This document shows, in pieces, positions 35,439-37,365 of a stretch of 37,365 bases of DNA (positions within the stretch are counted from its first letter, which is position 1; every line of letters starts with the position of its first letter). The notes under the pieces are model-generated. The model had not been told where the DNA came from. It did no database searches and saw only the letters and a list, made by a program, of their open reading frames with translations. The stretch comes from Candidatus Nomurabacteria bacterium (GTDB taxonomy: Bacteria > Patescibacteriota > Minisyncoccia > Phycocordibacterales > UBA9973), in assembly GCA_016196605.1 (NCBI GenBank), contig JACPXJ010000002.1:1-37365 (forward strand), written 5' to 3'. The position numbers were made by a program, and so were the translations under genes.

Positions 35439-37365
35439 TTATAATTTCTTTGCTTTAATTCGTAATGAATTAGATACCACCGACACCGAAGACATCGCCA
35501 TCGCAAAACCCGCGAATACCGGCGAAAGAAGCCAGCCGAATATCGGATAGAGGATTCCAGTTGCAAGTGGAATACCGACAATATTGTATATGAAAGCCCA
35601 GAAAAGATTCTGTTTGATCCCTCGCATGGTTATTTTAGAAAGTTTGATAGCTTTGGTAAGCTTTGAAATATCTCCGCCCAAAAGGGTAATTCCAGCTGAC
35701 TCTATAGCCACGTCTGTGCCAGTGCCCATGGCGATGCCTACATCAGCTTGCGCCAGCGCCGGAGCGTCATTAACTCCGTCTCCAGCCATTGCCACAATTC
35801 TGCCTTGCGATTGAAGTTCTTTTATCTTTTCTAATTTATCTTGCGGCATTACATGAGCGACTACATCATCAATGCCAACAAGTGATGCCATATATTTTGC
35901 GGCCTTCTCATCATCTCCGGTCAACATTATTACTTTAATGCCGAGTTTGTGAAGATCTTGCACCGCTTGCTTTGACTCTGCCTTTATTTCATCTGCCACC
36001 ATGACAAAACCCAGCACCTTTTCTTTGGTTGCGAGTAAGACTGGCGTCTTGCCTTCGCTGGTAAACCGCTCTATTTGTGAAACATCAAAAGGTAGTCCGA
36101 GATCATTTATCAATTTAATATTGCCGACAAAATATTCTGTATTGTTGATCAATCCTTTCAGCCCTTTGCCTTTTATGCTTTCAAAATTTGAAATATTTTC
36201 TAATTTAATTTTTCTCTCATCTGCATAACTTACAATTGCATGCGCGATGGGATGTTCTGATTTTTTTTCAAGAGAAGCCAGCACGGATATAAACGTGTCA
36301 ACCTGCCAGGTTGACACGTTTTGAATATTGACGAGTGTCGGCTTGCCTGCGGTGATAGTGCCTGTCTTGTCAACGATAACTGTATCTACTTTATGTAATT
36401 TCTCCAGTGTGGCCGCATCTTTGATCAAAATTCCTTCTCTTGCCCCTTTGCCGACACCTACGATAATGGCGGTAGGAGTGGCGAGGCCAAGTGCACACGG
36501 ACAGGCAATGACCAAAATTCCAACAAAAGAAACCAAGCCAAACGATAGGGCTTGTGAAAATCCGAGTAAACTGGAAAACAAAAGCCATATTCCGAGAGTT
36601 GCAAAAGCAATCACAAGCACGATCGGCACAAACACACTTGAGATTTTATCAGCCAGAGCTTGGATTGGCGCCTTGCTTCCTTGCGCCTCTTCCACCATCT
36701 TTATAATGTGGGCCAGCAGGGTTTCTGACCCAACTTTTGTCGCTTTGAATACAAATGAACCACTTGTATTCATTGTAGCGGCCACCACACCATCTCCCAA
36801 CTTTTTTTGAACTGGCATGGGTTCCCCAGTCACCATTGACTCATCAACGAATGATGATCCTTCGGTTATTATTCCATCAACAGGAATCTTTGCTCCGGGC
36901 TTCACTATAATTAAATCTCCATGCTCTACTTCATTGACTGAAATTTCTACTTCCCTGCCATCACGAACGACAAGAGCAGTTTTCGCTTGAAGATTAAGAA
37001 GTTTCTCAATTGCATCGCCGGTTTTTAATTTTGATTTGGCTTCTAAATATTTACCAAGCGCGATAAAAGTGATCACAATAATCGTAACGTCATAATACGT
37101 CGCATCAACATCTATAAACTGCTTAAGTGGTTCTTCAAACGCAGTCACCGCAAAACTGTAAAGATATGCCGTCAGGGTGCCTATCCCAATAAGCGTATCC
37201 ATATTTGCTTTGCCATAACGCAGAAAACGATAAAAACCAAGCAGATAAGGCTTCCCCACAATAAAAAGAACGTAGGTAGCCATCAAGGGCAGAAGATGGT
37301 GGAAGAATTCTTCTACAACTAGAGACATTTCGGGAATAATTTTATATTGCCCTAAAATTTCCCAG
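35439..37365 (-). CDS. copA: Copper-translocating P1B-type ATPase (5' end outside the window)
   Basis: [32 protein letters not shown] and MAMSSVSVV Cu(I) ligands. Confidence 0.95.
   Translation of the reverse strand, partial: WEILGQYKIIPEMSLVVEEFFHHLLPLMATYVLFIVGKPYLLGFYRFLRYGKANMDTLIGIGTLTAYLYSFAVTAFEEPLKQFIDVDATYYDVTIIVITFIALGKYLEAKSKLKTGDAIEKLLNLQAKTALVVRDGREVEISVNEVEHGDLIIVKPGAKIPVDGIITEGSSFVDESMVTGEPMPVQKKLGDGVVAATMNTSGSFVFKATKVGSETLLAHIIKMVEEAQGSKAPIQALADKISSVFVPIVLVIAFATLGIWLLFSSLLGFSQALSFGLVSFVGILVIACPCALGLATPTAIIVGVGKGAREGILIKDAATLEKLHKVDTVIVDKTGTITAGKPTLVNIQNVSTWQVDTFISVLASLEKKSEHPIAHAIVSYADERKIKLENISNFESIKGKGLKGLINNTEYFVGNIKLINDLGLPFDVSQIERFTSEGKTPVLLATKEKVLGFVMVADEIKAESKQAVQDLHKLGIKVIMLTGDDEKAAKYMASLVGIDDVVAHVMPQDKLEKIKELQSQGRIVAMAGDGVNDAPALAQADVGIAMGTGTDVAIESAGITLLGGDISKLTKAIKLSKITMRGIKQNLFWAFIYNIVGIPLATGILYPIFGWLLSPVFAGFAMAMSSVSVVSNSLRIKAKKL
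36291..36321. repeat. 31-bp palindrome within copA
   Basis: AAACGTGTCAACCTG-C-CAGGTTGACACGTTT (15-bp perfect arms). Confidence 0.8.

Noticed and set aside
873-36810. Numerous plus-strand ORFs antisense to housekeeping genes (e.g. 1085-1843, 18048-18716, 19223-19897, 22829-23485)
   Set aside because: Shadow ORFs fully overlapping well-supported minus-strand genes, with no recognisable motifs.

Overview
Chromosomal window from a small-genome bacterium, most likely Patescibacteria/CPR (Parcubacteria-like). This assignment is inferred from gene content, e.g. rplK not followed by rplA. Almost all genes are on the minus strand. Contents: (i) the str cluster rpsL-rpsG-fusA, interrupted by about 1.9 kb of accessory genes and followed by a RelE/HigA-type toxin-antitoxin pair, with fusA carrying a deletion plus frameshift that is probably an assembly artefact; (ii) rpmB, a DEAD-box helicase, and thyA-folA convergent with an operon of YhhQ-type transporter, CofE-like ligase, ATP-grasp ligase, dCMP deaminase and MazG-like protein; (iii) secE-nusG-rplK and murB; (iv) the main find, a complete diversity-generating retroelement (DGR) at about 16.05-18.7 kb. 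It has a reverse transcriptase, an Avd-like gene on the opposite strand whose start codon overlaps that of the RT, a 114-bp template repeat, and a target gene whose C-terminal variable repeat differs from the template at 29 positions, all template adenines (29 of 32); (v) tRNA-His with two tandem HNH genes, a P-type ATPase, VKOR, a pilin, tRNA-Leu, rplS, rluA and a lower-glycolysis operon with a minimal pyruvate kinase; (vi) a copper/thiol-redox cluster ending in a partial copA. Several unrelated coding sequences contain short in-frame palindromic inserts. All alignments and counts were done by eye; no database searches were run.
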